Assembly: GCA_045616065.1 (NCBI GenBank)
Contig: JAZLFZ010000076.1
Location: forward strand, 20,216 to 84,215
Length of the DNA: 64,000 bases
DNA from: Bacteroidaceae bacterium
GTDB taxonomy: Bacteria; Bacteroidota; Bacteroidia; Bacteroidales; Bacteroidaceae
Direction: 5' to 3'
Within the stretch, counting starts at the first letter, position 1. Each line of letters opens with the position of its first letter. Positions 16,333-26,913 of the stretch are shown piece by piece. The translations under genes and the position numbers were made by a program. The notes beneath the pieces are model-generated. The model searched no databases and was not told the origin of the DNA. It worked only from the letters and a program-made list of their open reading frames with translations.

Positions 16333-17193
16333 ATGAAATTAGAAGGAAGAAGAGAGAGCCAGAACGTAGAAGACCGTCGTGGCAAAAAAGGCATGATGCT
16401 TGGCGGTATGGGTATTGTCGGAGTTGTTATTGCTGTGGTAATGACGCTCATGCAAGGCGGTGACCTGTCGCAGGCTGTGCAGAACATTGATTTGTCAAGC
16501 ATGACGACAGAGCAGACCAATACGACAGAATTCAGCCCAGAAGAGCAGGCTCTGGCAAAGTTTTCAAGTCAGATTCTTGCCGGTACGGAAGACGTCTGGA
16601 CGAAGGAATTCAAGAAGATGGGTAAGGTCTACAAGGCTCCTAAACTGGTGCTCTATACTGGCAGTGTTCAGACAGCCTGCGGCAATGGGTCGGCGCAGAT
16701 GGGTCCCTTCTATTGCTCTGCAGATCAAACGGTCTACATCGACCTGTCCTTCTTTATGTCGATGAAGAAGCAGCTCGGTGCAGATGGCGACTTTGCCTAT
16801 GCATACGTTATTGCGCATGAGGTAGGCCACCACGTGCAGTATCTGCTTGGCATTCTTGATGATGCCCATGAGAAGATGGCCAACAGCGACAAGCGTACCT
16901 CCAATCAGATAAGTGTTCGTCTGGAGCTTCAGGCAGATTTCTTCGCCGGTGTCTGGGCTCACCACGATAATGCGATGTTTGGTAGCCTTGAGGACGGTGA
17001 TGTTGAGGAGGGCATTCGTTGTGCTGAGGTTATCGGCGATAACTACCTGCAGGAGAAGGCGCAGGGTCGTAGCGTTCCCGACTCATTCACACATGGTACG
17101 TCAGCTCAGCGTATGCGTTGGCTCAAGCGTGGTATTACGACAGGTGATGTCAACGCCGGCGATACCTTCTCTCCGGCTTATACTTCTTTGTAG
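16333..17193 (+). CDS. ypfJ: YpfJ-type neutral zinc metallopeptidase
   Basis: 286 aa. The N-terminus MKLEGRRESQNVEDRRG, one TM segment and the zinc motif AHEVGHHVQ are typical of the YpfJ/KPN_02809 family. Confidence 0.85.
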   Translation: MKLEGRRESQNVEDRRGKKGMMLGGMGIVGVVIAVVMTLMQGGDLSQAVQNIDLSSMTTEQTNTTEFSPEEQALAKFSSQILAGTEDVWTKEFKKMGKVYKAPKLVLYTGSVQTACGNGSAQMGPFYCSADQTVYIDLSFFMSMKKQLGADGDFAYAYVIAHEVGHHVQYLLGILDDAHEKMANSDKRTSNQISVRLELQADFFAGVWAHHDNAMFGSLEDGDVEEGIRCAEVIGDNYLQEKAQGRSVPDSFTHGTSAQRMRWLKRGITTGDVNAGDTFSPAYTSL

Positions 17194-17230
17194 AAGTAGC
17201 TTGCTCTATTGCAGTCATATCATAGTTTGA

Positions 17231-17280
17231 AAAAAATCCCGCTGCGTGAAATCAGGAATCACGCAGCGGGATTTTCTTTT
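17231..17280. terminator. Bidirectional rho-independent terminator
   Basis: Stem aaatcccgctgcgtga / tcacgcagcgggattt, flanked by aaaaaa and ttctttt, between convergent genes. Confidence 0.8.
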
Positions 17281-17349
17281 GTCAATGTCGATATTGCGTC
17301 GTATGCAGTTTTACAGGATTTCAGGTGCACAGGTGGTGTCTTCTTGCTT

Positions 17350-17880
17350 CTATTCAACCTCGTAAAGGCTGATGTATTCATGCGTGTTGCCTATCACCTT
17401 TAGGTACGTTTCAAAGGCTTCCTTGCTGATTACTACGGTTCCTCTGCAATCATTTGGGTGGAATGACAGTGAGTTGGCATTCTTCAGGTTTTCGTCAAGG
17501 AAGAGGTGGACGTGGTTTTCCGTGTCGTTTATCAGTCCGAAGGGTGATACGCTGCCGGGTTCAAGTCCCAGGTATTTCTCCATTCTCTCGGCAGAAGCAA
17601 ACGATAGTTTTCCGCACGATGGCAGTCCTTGTGCTACAAGCGTAGCCTTCAGACGTGCTTCGAGGTCATGTATTGCCAGGTCGTAGTCGCAATGGAAGCA
17701 TACAAGATAATGGTGATTGCCCTTGTGGTTGCGGAAGAACAGGTTCTTGCAATGCACGGAACCGTCGTCGTGCCACCATCGTTTGGCTTCTTCGATGGTC
17801 TTTCCCTCCGGATGATGGTAGCACGAATAGGGGATGTTGTGCTTGTCCAGGTAGTTCAGTACTATTTCTTCGCGTGTCAT
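17350..17880 (-). CDS. YbaK/ProX-type aminoacyl-tRNA editing domain protein
   Basis: Start moved to MTREEIVLNYLDKHNIPYSCYHHPEG (ATG at 17880). The fold signature GSVSPFGLIND...LFLDENL is typical of prolyl-tRNA synthetase associated domain proteins. Confidence 0.8.
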   Translation of the reverse strand: MTREEIVLNYLDKHNIPYSCYHHPEGKTIEEAKRWWHDDGSVHCKNLFFRNHKGNHHYLVCFHCDYDLAIHDLEARLKATLVAQGLPSCGKLSFASAERMEKYLGLEPGSVSPFGLINDTENHVHLFLDENLKNANSLSFHPNDCRGTVVISKEAFETYLKVIGNTHEYISLYEVE

Positions 17881-17970
17881 TATTGATGTAGGTTGTTGGT
17901 TTGTACGTCCTGTAATCTTACAAGCTGCGTCAGTATGTAAGAAATGCTTTGCTTGTGATAATAATATCAA

Positions 17971-18005
17971 AAGAGCGTGCCTTTGATGGGGCACGCTCTT
18001 TTTTT
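17971..18005. terminator. Hairpin terminator downstream of the OmpA paralog
   Basis: 11-bp stem aagagcgtgcc / ggcacgctctt with T-run 18001-18005 on plus and an A/T-rich flank on minus, 28 nt past the stop at 18033. Confidence 0.6.
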
Positions 18006-18032
18006 ATCTTATTCCGTTGTGTAGCGTAACGA

Positions 18033-19208
18033 TTAGTTTACACGAACCTGACGCTCGCTGGTGCGGAACTTCTTAACGGTGTAGGGCTTCTTGCCGGGCT
18101 TCAGACCGGTAGCAGTGATGATGGTGCAACGGTTCTTGTCGTTCTCCTCGAAGGGCTGAACGGTGTCGCCGAAGTACTCAGCGGTCAGCATGTCATCGGT
18201 TACACCAGCCTCCTTCAGAGCAGCAACAGCCTTGTCGCTACGCTGCTTTGAGTAACCCATGTTGATCTTGGGGTTACCGGTACCGCGGTCAGCGTATGAC
18301 TTACAGGTTACCTTACAGCCCTTGTGCTCAGCGAGGAACTTACCGATGGCAGCCAGCTGTGCGCCGGGATCGGTGAAGTCAGACTCACGAATCTCATAGA
18401 ATACGGTCCAGCTCATGTTGCCGTCCTCCTCGATAGCCTTGTACTCGGTATCGTCGTACCAAGTGGTATCGATAACAGTCTGGTAAACGGGAGCTACGTC
18501 GCTTTCGGTGTAGGTCTTGCCCAGGGCGATCTTCACACCTGCGAGTGCGTTGAAATACCAGTCAGCATTGTCAGTGTGCTTGCTGTTGTACTGGTCGTTG
18601 ATGAGGTTAGCGTTACCCTCGATGTTGATGCTCACGCGGCTTGATACGTTGAAGTCCAGATCCAGACCGAACTTGCCAACGGGGCGGATGCTGGTGCCAC
18701 TGACGGTGGGGTAGTGTGTCAGCAGGTCGGGACGAGATGCATAGAAGGGAGCGATGCCATCGTGATCGAATGCGATGTTGGCACCGATACCAGCAATCAG
18801 GTTCAGGCCGAATACACGCTTGGGCTTCCATCCTGCGATGGCGTTGACGATGTTGAATTTAACGTCCAGTGAGGGAGTGATGTACTTCCACTTGTAGGTG
18901 TTGTCAGCAAAACCGTAAGCGGTAGCAGAGTTCTTACCCCAGCCACCCTTGCTCTCCCAGCCTGAAGCTGCAAGACGCAGCGCCCAAACGGGGTTGAACT
19001 GGTAACCAAGTGCAATCTGTGCAGTAGGAGAAATCAGATCGGTGAACTTGGCCTCACCCAAGGTGTAGGCAGCACCACCCTGCAGCTGCAGGAACATGTG
19101 GGGCTTGAAAGTGTACTGGGTGTTACCCTCAGTGTACGTAGCCTGAGCGTTAGCGGTCAGACCCGTTGCAAGCATGGCAGTTGCCAAAATAGATTTAACA
19201 AATTTCAT
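18033..19208 (-). CDS. OmpA-family outer membrane protein (paralog of 9489-10652)
   Basis: 391 aa with signal peptide MKFVKSILATAMLATGLTANAQ. Blocks shared with the other copy include NAI.G..PKR, NADWYFNALAGVKIALGKT and an OmpA-like C-domain (SYADRGTGNPKINMGYSKQRSDKAVAAL). Confidence 0.9.
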   Translation of the reverse strand: MKFVKSILATAMLATGLTANAQATYTEGNTQYTFKPHMFLQLQGGAAYTLGEAKFTDLISPTAQIALGYQFNPVWALRLAASGWESKGGWGKNSATAYGFADNTYKWKYITPSLDVKFNIVNAIAGWKPKRVFGLNLIAGIGANIAFDHDGIAPFYASRPDLLTHYPTVSGTSIRPVGKFGLDLDFNVSSRVSINIEGNANLINDQYNSKHTDNADWYFNALAGVKIALGKTYTESDVAPVYQTVIDTTWYDDTEYKAIEEDGNMSWTVFYEIRESDFTDPGAQLAAIGKFLAEHKGCKVTCKSYADRGTGNPKINMGYSKQRSDKAVAALKEAGVTDDMLTAEYFGDTVQPFEENDKNRCTIITATGLKPGKKPYTVKKFRTSERQVRVN

Positions 19209-19242
19209 ACCTTTTTTTATTTATATGATTAATAAATTTGTG

Positions 19243-19250
19243 CAAAGATA
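19243..19250 (-). promoter_or_regulatory. -7 box TATCTTTG for the OmpA paralog
   Basis: Reverse complement of caaagata, 35 nt upstream of the ATG at 19208. Confidence 0.5.
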
Positions 19251-19372
19251 CTACAAATCTGCATTTTGACCAAAAAAAATAGAAAAAAAGTTAATTTTGC
19301 GCGTTTTTTGCGTCGTTTTTTCTTTTTTGGTTATCAATTAGCCCTGTTCGGAAGCACTTTTATCAGTATTTC

Positions 19373-20557
19373 TTATTTCATAACCTCTTTTTTCCATGTG
19401 ATGCCTGGTGTGCCGTCCGTACCGTAATCGATGGGCAGCCATACGTGAAGCGAGTGGCTCAGGTGTCTTGGATTCCATCTGTCGGCCATGAAATAATGTT
19501 TGCCGTCCAGGTCCAGGATGTAGGTGCCCTGGCATCCGAATGTTTTGTTTGCGCTGAACTCCTCATAACGGTCGTTGCGGCCATGGATGAGCAGACGAGC
19601 CTTCTCTTCGCCTGTGAATGGACTTGGCAGCTGCTTCCAGGGTCCCCAGATGTTGTCGGCCACGAACATGCGGGCTTCGTTGGGATCCCAGCCCGTACAC
19701 CCCGAGCAGATAAGCCAGTATTTACCTTGGTTCCTGACGATTGTTGGAGCCTCGTTTTGTCCTCCGGGTGCTACCATGATGTATTTGCCGGTATAGTCGA
19801 GGTAGTCGTCGGTCAGTTCGCTGATAAGGAGTGTTAGATTCTCCTGCGATGAGGTGATGTGGTAAGCCTTTCCGTCCTCGTCGACGTATACGGTCATGTC
19901 TCTCGACATCTGTCCGCCCTGGAAGTCCCGCCACAGATACATGCCCTTCTTCACCTCCTTTCTCCATTCGGGTGTCCACCAGTCCTTCCATTTTCCAGCA
20001 TCCGTCTTTTGTGCCAGCTCCTGTTTCTGCTTGTTGAAGTCGGTGGGCCACTTGCCTGCGTGCAGTCGGGTGGAACGTATGAAACGGAATGGTCCGGTGG
20101 GCGTGTCGCTTACGGCAAATGCCACGCGTGCGGCCTCGTATCCGCGTCCCTTTAGTTCAAGGTGAAAAAGCATGACAAACTTGCCCGTCTTCGGGTTGTG
20201 TACCACCTTGGGCCGCTCCATGATGCACCCACGTTCGATGTCGTGGCCGGGCGTGCTGCTGACGGCCAGTGCCACCCCCTCGTCCTTCCACGTCTTGAGG
20301 TCGGTGCTTGAGTAGACCTCGACACCAACTTCTGTTGTGAATCCCTGATAGGGTCTGTTTTCCCCGTACCAATAGTATTTATCAGCATATTTGATGATGT
20401 TTCCGCCATGCGCATTGATAGGTTTCCCGTTGGTGTCCAACCAGAGTTCGCCGTTCACTCCCACGTTGTTGCTGGTAGTCTCCTGTGCGTTTGCCCATGG
20501 CAAAGCATAGGCATTCATTATGCACAGACACGTTAGCACTAGATTCTTTACTTTCAT
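19373..20557 (-). CDS. Glycoside hydrolase family 43 protein (resembles the exo-beta-1,3-galactanase-type subfamily)
   Basis: 394 aa with a signal peptide. The segment LDTNGKPINAHGGNIIKYADKYYWYGENR and later five-bladed propeller-like repeats fit GH43. The subfamily call is from memory of the HGG...YYW.GE motif only. Confidence 0.75.
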   Translation of the reverse strand: MKVKNLVLTCLCIMNAYALPWANAQETTSNNVGVNGELWLDTNGKPINAHGGNIIKYADKYYWYGENRPYQGFTTEVGVEVYSSTDLKTWKDEGVALAVSSTPGHDIERGCIMERPKVVHNPKTGKFVMLFHLELKGRGYEAARVAFAVSDTPTGPFRFIRSTRLHAGKWPTDFNKQKQELAQKTDAGKWKDWWTPEWRKEVKKGMYLWRDFQGGQMSRDMTVYVDEDGKAYHITSSQENLTLLISELTDDYLDYTGKYIMVAPGGQNEAPTIVRNQGKYWLICSGCTGWDPNEARMFVADNIWGPWKQLPSPFTGEEKARLLIHGRNDRYEEFSANKTFGCQGTYILDLDGKHYFMADRWNPRHLSHSLHVWLPIDYGTDGTPGITWKKEVMK

Positions 20558-20618
20558 AGTTCCTTCTATTATGTTTTTGTTTGAGCAGTTTCGAATAATA
20601 TTGACTTAATGGCGATTC

Positions 20619-22358
20619 TCATCGGGCCTGACGTATCAGTAGTATACTATCCACCAGTTGAGCCTTCTGTATGCTGTCAGCCTCGTGGATGGCATCGATA
20701 CGTTCCTTGATCATCTCCCTGCGAATCTTCTCCTCAGCCTCGCCCGTCTGCCGTGGGCTTCCGCCCCATACTAGTTCGTAGTATCCGCGTGTGATCAGAC
20801 GTTTTGTTCCGTCGTAGATGAAGGCGAAGACGTAGAGCGCCCCCTTCTGTGGCGTACCATAGAATTCGCTGTAGTGATCGCCTGGATAGAGCACGGCGTA
20901 GGATGGTTCGCCTCGGTGCACCTCCTTGCTGATGCGCACGAAGTAGTATTCGTTGTTCTTGCTGGCATAAGCATTGGTGACGTGTATCATGCTGTCGTTT
21001 GGTGTAACCTCGAAGCAGAGGTCGAATCCCTTTTCGCCGTACCAGTCCTTCACCTTGTATGAGTTGTCATGGTAGGCCGTGAGTTGTCGCTTTATGCTGT
21101 GTTCCTGTTCTTGGCACAGGTATGCGTCTACCTCCGTTGTCCATGTAGGGGTGGGCGAGAAGAGGGTGGAAACAGCCATGATGCCCACGTACGACCAGTG
21201 AGCCACAAATCCTGCAAATATGCCACCCGTTATCTGACTGATGAAATCCTTGGAGAGCAGCTGGCGGTAGCCCATCGTGTCGAGCATGGCCGTGTGCGTG
21301 GACAGGAACCCGCTCCAGCACATGCCCATGGCCGTAAAGACAGCGATGGCATTGCCGTCGATGATACCTTTCGACTCGAACTCCGGTATCAGACTCAGTG
21401 CCGCTCCCACGGTGCCCAGAGCCGTGATGGGGAAGGATATCAGCTCGGGAGCAGTGAAGCCGAACAGCCATTCGAACAGCCAGCTCAGTTTGCCGCCCAG
21501 CCAGGGCAGCAGACCCGTTCCTTCGTAGGGGCCACCCGTGTACACCTCCACCGAGTTGCCCACAGCATCCATGCCCTCGTTGCTGCCGCCAAAGGTGAGC
21601 ATCATGACGAATGTACTGATAATCAATACGCCCGGTATGATGGCCAGTCCTATGCTGACACCATCCTTTCCGCCATCCAGCAGGCAGTTCAGCACCTGCA
21701 CGAATGTGGATTCCTTTGGTTCGTCCTTCTTGGCTGTCTCCTCCTTCACCTTCTGTGCTTCCAGCAGACTTATCTCGTCATCAGTCTGCACGTTTTCGCC
21801 CTTGAACGAGGGATAGCGCTTGCACACGAAGTATTGCATCAGACGAGTGGCCACGATACCACCCATGGCTGCACCGAAGAGCCCGATGAAAGGCTCGGTG
21901 TAGTAGCCCTGTCCCAGCATGAAGACGATGACCAGCAGTCCCATGCCGAAGGCTGTGCCAAAGTTGGCCATCGAGATGAACTGGTATTTCTTGAAGTATC
22001 TCGAGAAGCCCTTGTCCTTGCTCAGCGTGATGATGACGGGATTGTCGCTCAGGAAGGTCATGATGGCTCCCAGCGATGCAACTCCCGGCATGTTGTAGAG
22101 CGGACGCATGACGGGCTTCAGTGCCTTCTGCAGCAAGCCCACCACGCCGAAGTCGATGAGAATCTTGCTCAGCGCGCCCGTGATGACACACATGCCCATG
22201 AGGTAGAACACGGTGTTGAGCAACAGGTCGTGTGCCGTCTTCATTATGGTATTCAGCATGTTGGTCAGCCCCATGACCGACCCTATGTAGCAGAAGAGCA
22301 AGAGTACGATGATGAGACACGGCACTCCGTTTGGTATCCATTTCTTGATTCTCTCCAT
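20619..22358 (-). CDS. Nucleoside-recognition (Gate) domain membrane protein fused to an unassigned soluble C-terminal domain of about 190 aa
   Basis: 579 aa. The N-terminal ~390 aa is polytopic, with YjiH/SpmA-like segments (LLQKALKPVMRPLYNMPGVASLGAIMTFLSDNPVII). The C-terminal part (TEVDAYLCQEQEH...YYELVWGG...) is hydrophilic. Confidence 0.6.
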   Translation of the reverse strand: MERIKKWIPNGVPCLIIVLLLFCYIGSVMGLTNMLNTIMKTAHDLLLNTVFYLMGMCVITGALSKILIDFGVVGLLQKALKPVMRPLYNMPGVASLGAIMTFLSDNPVIITLSKDKGFSRYFKKYQFISMANFGTAFGMGLLVIVFMLGQGYYTEPFIGLFGAAMGGIVATRLMQYFVCKRYPSFKGENVQTDDEISLLEAQKVKEETAKKDEPKESTFVQVLNCLLDGGKDGVSIGLAIIPGVLIISTFVMMLTFGGSNEGMDAVGNSVEVYTGGPYEGTGLLPWLGGKLSWLFEWLFGFTAPELISFPITALGTVGAALSLIPEFESKGIIDGNAIAVFTAMGMCWSGFLSTHTAMLDTMGYRQLLSKDFISQITGGIFAGFVAHWSYVGIMAVSTLFSPTPTWTTEVDAYLCQEQEHSIKRQLTAYHDNSYKVKDWYGEKGFDLCFEVTPNDSMIHVTNAYASKNNEYYFVRISKEVHRGEPSYAVLYPGDHYSEFYGTPQKGALYVFAFIYDGTKRLITRGYYELVWGGSPRQTGEAEEKIRREMIKERIDAIHEADSIQKAQLVDSILLIRQAR

Positions 22359-22386
22359 CCTTCCTGTTGTCAGATTTATGCAGCGC

Positions 22387-23163
22387 TCATTTCATGTTGC
22401 GCGCCTTGTAGATACGCTCTTTGGCCTCGTTGATCTCCTGGAACTTCTTCTCCGAAGCCTTGCGTACGTCCTCTCCCAGATAGGCCACGCGGTCGGGGTG
22501 ATGCTGCATGGCCATCTTCTTGTAGGCGCGTCTCACCTCGTCGTCGGTGTTTTCGGCCGTGATGCCCAGCAGCTTGTATGCATCGTCCAGGCTCGTGCCT
22601 CCCAGCCCCATCAGCTGTTCGGCCGTCTGCGGGGCAAGTCCCATGGCCTGACAGATGTTGCGCAGGGCTTCCCGCTCCTGGGTAGCCACGGTGCCATCTG
22701 CCTTGGCAATCTCGCAGAGGAATGCGATGAGCTGCACCCTGTGTTCTTCCGGCATGTTGGCGGCCAGTTGCCGGCAGATGCCCGTTATCTGCGCGTGCCA
22801 GGCTGCGGGGTTCTTCTTTTTCTCTTCGAAGAGCCGCAGCAGTATGGCCTCGCCCTCCTGCTCTGCCTCGTTCGAGAAGTTCGTGCGCAGGAAGCGTCTC
22901 ACATATTCCATCTCACTGTGCATGATGCGTCCGTCGGCCTGTATCACGTCGGCAGCCATCACCATCATCGAGAAGAGGAAGCTGTTGCGGTATCCTTGCT
23001 GCTGGTAGGCCCTCTGCCCCCGTTCGTCCATGGGGGTACCTTGTTCGTCGTGGTCCTCGGTGAGGTAGTCAAAGACCGAACCGATGATCAGGCCAAACAA
23101 TGCGCCCAGTGGTCCGGCGTTCATGGCGCCCAGTACGCATCCAATCCATTTTCCCATTGCCAT
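22387..23163 (-). CDS. DjlA-like co-chaperone (TM segment, TerB-like domain, C-terminal J domain)
   Basis: 258 aa. The N-terminal hydrophobic segment is followed by a TerB-like region (ADGRIMHSEMEYVRRFL, IAKADGTVATQEREAL). The J domain is DAYKLLGITAENTDDEVRRAYKKMAMQHHPDR. Confidence 0.8.
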   Translation of the reverse strand: MAMGKWIGCVLGAMNAGPLGALFGLIIGSVFDYLTEDHDEQGTPMDERGQRAYQQQGYRNSFLFSMMVMAADVIQADGRIMHSEMEYVRRFLRTNFSNEAEQEGEAILLRLFEEKKKNPAAWHAQITGICRQLAANMPEEHRVQLIAFLCEIAKADGTVATQEREALRNICQAMGLAPQTAEQLMGLGGTSLDDAYKLLGITAENTDDEVRRAYKKMAMQHHPDRVAYLGEDVRKASEKKFQEINEAKERIYKARNMK

Positions 23164-23184
23164 ATCCAGTATTCTCCCTTTTCG

Positions 23185-23430
23185 TTACATCATGGCACCG
23201 ATGATGCGCTGGAAGTAGGCCGCATGGTCCTGCTTCCACTGTATGATGGCATCGTCAATCACTCTTTGTTCCATGTCGCGAGGCGACAGCATGCGCCCGT
23301 CTTCCATCTCGAGCGTCAGGTTCAGGTTGTCGTCTGTCCGTACATTTCTTATTCCGTTGATGCCCAGTGGCATGCAGCCTTCGTGTGCCTCAGCCAGGGC
23401 AATGAGGGTGTCGATTGTTGTCTCGTCCAT
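23185..23430 (-). CDS. Hypothetical 81-aa acidic protein upstream of the DjlA-like gene
   Basis: ORF with its own -7 box 28 nt upstream and 21 nt before the next gene. No family recognised. Confidence 0.5.
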   Translation of the reverse strand: MDETTIDTLIALAEAHEGCMPLGINGIRNVRTDDNLNLTLEMEDGRMLSPRDMEQRVIDDAIIQWKQDHAAYFQRIIGAMM

Positions 23431-23457
23431 AATCTTTCGGTTTTACACTTATTAATG

Positions 23458-23465
23458 CAAATGTA
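23458..23465 (-). promoter_or_regulatory. -7 box TACATTTG for 23430-19373 gene string
   Basis: Reverse complement of caaatgta, 28 nt upstream of the ATG at 23430. Confidence 0.4.
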
Positions 23466-23529
23466 CAAAGAATATTTGGAAAAGGTGCAAGAATGACGTA
23501 GTTTTTTTGGAAAAACGCTAAAAATGGCG

Positions 23530-23537
23530 TACCTTTG
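23530..23537 (+). promoter_or_regulatory. -7 box TACCTTTG for the ABC-F gene
   Basis: tacctttg lies 72 nt upstream of the ATG at 23609. Confidence 0.5.
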
Positions 23538-23608
23538 CAGCCGATTCAATAAACTCAACAAGTGGTATGCAGTATTAACTTCCTGCAACTCCCCCTATAT
23601 ATATAAAT

Positions 23609-25267
<1,659 letters not shown>

Positions 25268-25370
25268 GCCGTAGCGTTTCCCGTTGCTGAGGTCTTCCCT
25301 GTTTTTGATTTTATTTTACATCCTGAAGACTCGTGCGTGTTTTATTTTTTCATGCAGCGGAAAATAAAAT

Positions 25371-25470
25371 GCGACGCAGCGTCGCAGATTTTGTAACGCT
25401 GCGTCGCAGAATTTGTAACGCAGCGTCACAGAAATTGTAACGCAGCGTCGCGGAAAAAGTCACGTGTGAC
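25371..25470. repeat. Array A: five palindromic cores at an exact 22-bp phase (GTAACGCWGCGTCRC type)
   Basis: Cores start at 25371, 25393, 25415, 25437 and 25459: gcgacgcagcgtcgc, gtaacgctgcgtcgc, gtaacgcagcgtcac, gtaacgcagcgtcgc, gtcacgtgtgac. Spacers are aga(a/t)(a/t)tt. Confidence 0.85.
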
Positions 25471-25514
25471 TTGTTTTTCATGTTCCTTGGTAAACGAATC
25501 AGCCTGCGCTCTCA

Positions 25515-25624
25515 AATTTTACCTTCACCCTTCAGTCTATCTGCATAACTTGCATGAAATTAGTAATATAATGGCTGAAGGTGAAGTGTGTTTACTTTCA
25601 GTTACTTTCATTTTTCTTTCAGTG
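25515..25624. repeat. CTGAAG/CTTTCAG-type repeat block shared with locus 53545-53915
   Basis: aattttaccttcacccttcag (25515-25535) matches the reverse complement of 53892-53912 at 20 of 21 positions. ctttcagttactttca (25595-25610) is identical to 53622-53636. Confidence 0.8.
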
Positions 25625-25934
25625 TGGCATTTTGCGACGCACTAATCTGTGGGCTGGTACGTGTAATCCGGACGAGGCGAATGTTCGGTGCAGTGAGATA
25701 GGCTGGGTGTTCTGACTTGACTTTGAAATTGATTGACAAGACCCGTAGTTACAGAAGCCCAATGCTCTCTTTCCTTGATCGATTCCCAATCGAACCGCCA
25801 GCATCGATGGTACTCGCTGCTGTGCTCTTTGTCATCGGTTGCTTTTCTGTCGACGGGAGGGATGTGTGAGGGAGGGGGCGTTGTTTCGTCTGTTTTTTTT
25901 TGGGTGATTGTTTTGTCACATCATAAATTATGCG

Positions 25935-25942
25935 TAACTTTG
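25935..25942 (+). promoter_or_regulatory. -7 box TAACTTTG for 26038-26913
   Basis: taactttg lies 96 nt upstream of the ATG at 26038. Confidence 0.4.
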
Positions 25943-26037
25943 CAATGAAAATCAAACAGGAGCCTGCGCTCAGTTCCCTCGAGGCGTATTTTCTCGGTAG
26001 GTGCGAAACGTTCTTAATTATCTAATTATCTATACCC

Positions 26038-26913
26038 ATGAAGCAACTGTTTTACCTGATTATTCCTTTGCTGTTCTTCTCGTGCGAGATGTACAATTTC
26101 GACGATGATGGTACACTGATAGAGGAGGATGCTTGCAGCGTTACCTTCCAGGTGACAGAAATCGAACAGATTTCTTTCGGTGAGGCATCGCATACACGTG
26201 CTGCTGACCTCCAGTCGCTCTGTTCGCGTATACAACTTGTTGTTTTTCAAGGTTCGGAGAAGCTTAAGAACGTAAGCCAGCAACGCTCGGATGCCTCGTT
26301 CGGCACCTTCACGGTGGGGCTGACTCCAGGCACGTATCAGGTGGTAGTGCTTGCTCACAATGGCCTGGGAAATGCCACGGTATCAAGCCCGGAGAAGATA
26401 ACCTTTGCCAGCAATAAATGTACCGACACCTTTTATTATTATGCCGAGGTGGAAGTTACGGAGAGCTTCACCAAACAGATTCTGCTCAAGCGTGCCGTCG
26501 CAGCATTCCGCATGACGCTGACCGACGAGATGCCCAGTGAAGTGGCCAGGATGCAGTTCTACTATACGGGCGGAAGCAGCACCTTCAATGCCGTTTCGGG
26601 CTATGGATGTGTGAACAGCAAGCAGACGGAGACCTTCGATGTTACGGCCGATATGAGTGGTAAGGCAGCTGAATTTCAGGTGTATACGTTCCCACATGCA
26701 CAGGAGGGTACGCTGAAGATGACCGTCAGTGCACTCAATGCATCGGGAGCGGTATTCTGCGAGAAGACATTGGAGTCTGTGCCCGTCACCCTCAACAAGA
26801 TTTCCTGTTGGAAGGGGCCATTCTTTGAGGCCGAGAATGTGCAGCAGTCCAATTCGCTCTCCGTCAGGGTAGAGAACGATGGCGAGTGGGGTGGTGTGCA
26901 GAATATTAATTAG
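26038..26913 (+). CDS. Lipoprotein, fimbrillin-fold / Mfa2-FimB-like (tentative)
   Basis: 291 aa with lipobox LLFFSC. The pattern VTFQV...TRAAD...IQLVVFQG...GTYQVVVLAHNG...LLKRAVAAFRMTL resembles Bacteroidales type V pilus accessory/anchor subunits. No other pilus genes are adjacent. Confidence 0.5.
   Translation: MKQLFYLIIPLLFFSCEMYNFDDDGTLIEEDACSVTFQVTEIEQISFGEASHTRAADLQSLCSRIQLVVFQGSEKLKNVSQQRSDASFGTFTVGLTPGTYQVVVLAHNGLGNATVSSPEKITFASNKCTDTFYYYAEVEVTESFTKQILLKRAVAAFRMTLTDEMPSEVARMQFYYTGGSSTFNAVSGYGCVNSKQTETFDVTADMSGKAAEFQVYTFPHAQEGTLKMTVSALNASGAVFCEKTLESVPVTLNKISCWKGPFFEAENVQQSNSLSVRVENDGEWGGVQNIN

Noticed and set aside
17551-17575. tRNA T-arm-like string gccgggttcaagtcccagg
   Set aside because: It lies inside the well-supported YbaK-like CDS, the T-stem has a mismatch, and no acceptor, D or anticodon arms can be drawn around it. 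I found no convincing tRNA anywhere in the window.
25371-25470. Possibility that the 22-bp phased palindrome arrays (also 43854-43956 and 53965-54045) are CRISPR arrays
   Set aside because: The period of 22 bp leaves only ~7-nt non-unique spacers, the arrays have 4-5 units, and no cas genes or leader are present. They are reported as a dispersed repeat family instead.
25946-26026. 26-codon ORF (MKIKQEPALSSLEAYFLGRCETFLII) between the -7 box at 25935 and the lipoprotein gene
   Set aside because: It has no signal peptide, motif or repeatable feature. It is more likely 5' UTR of the 26038 gene.
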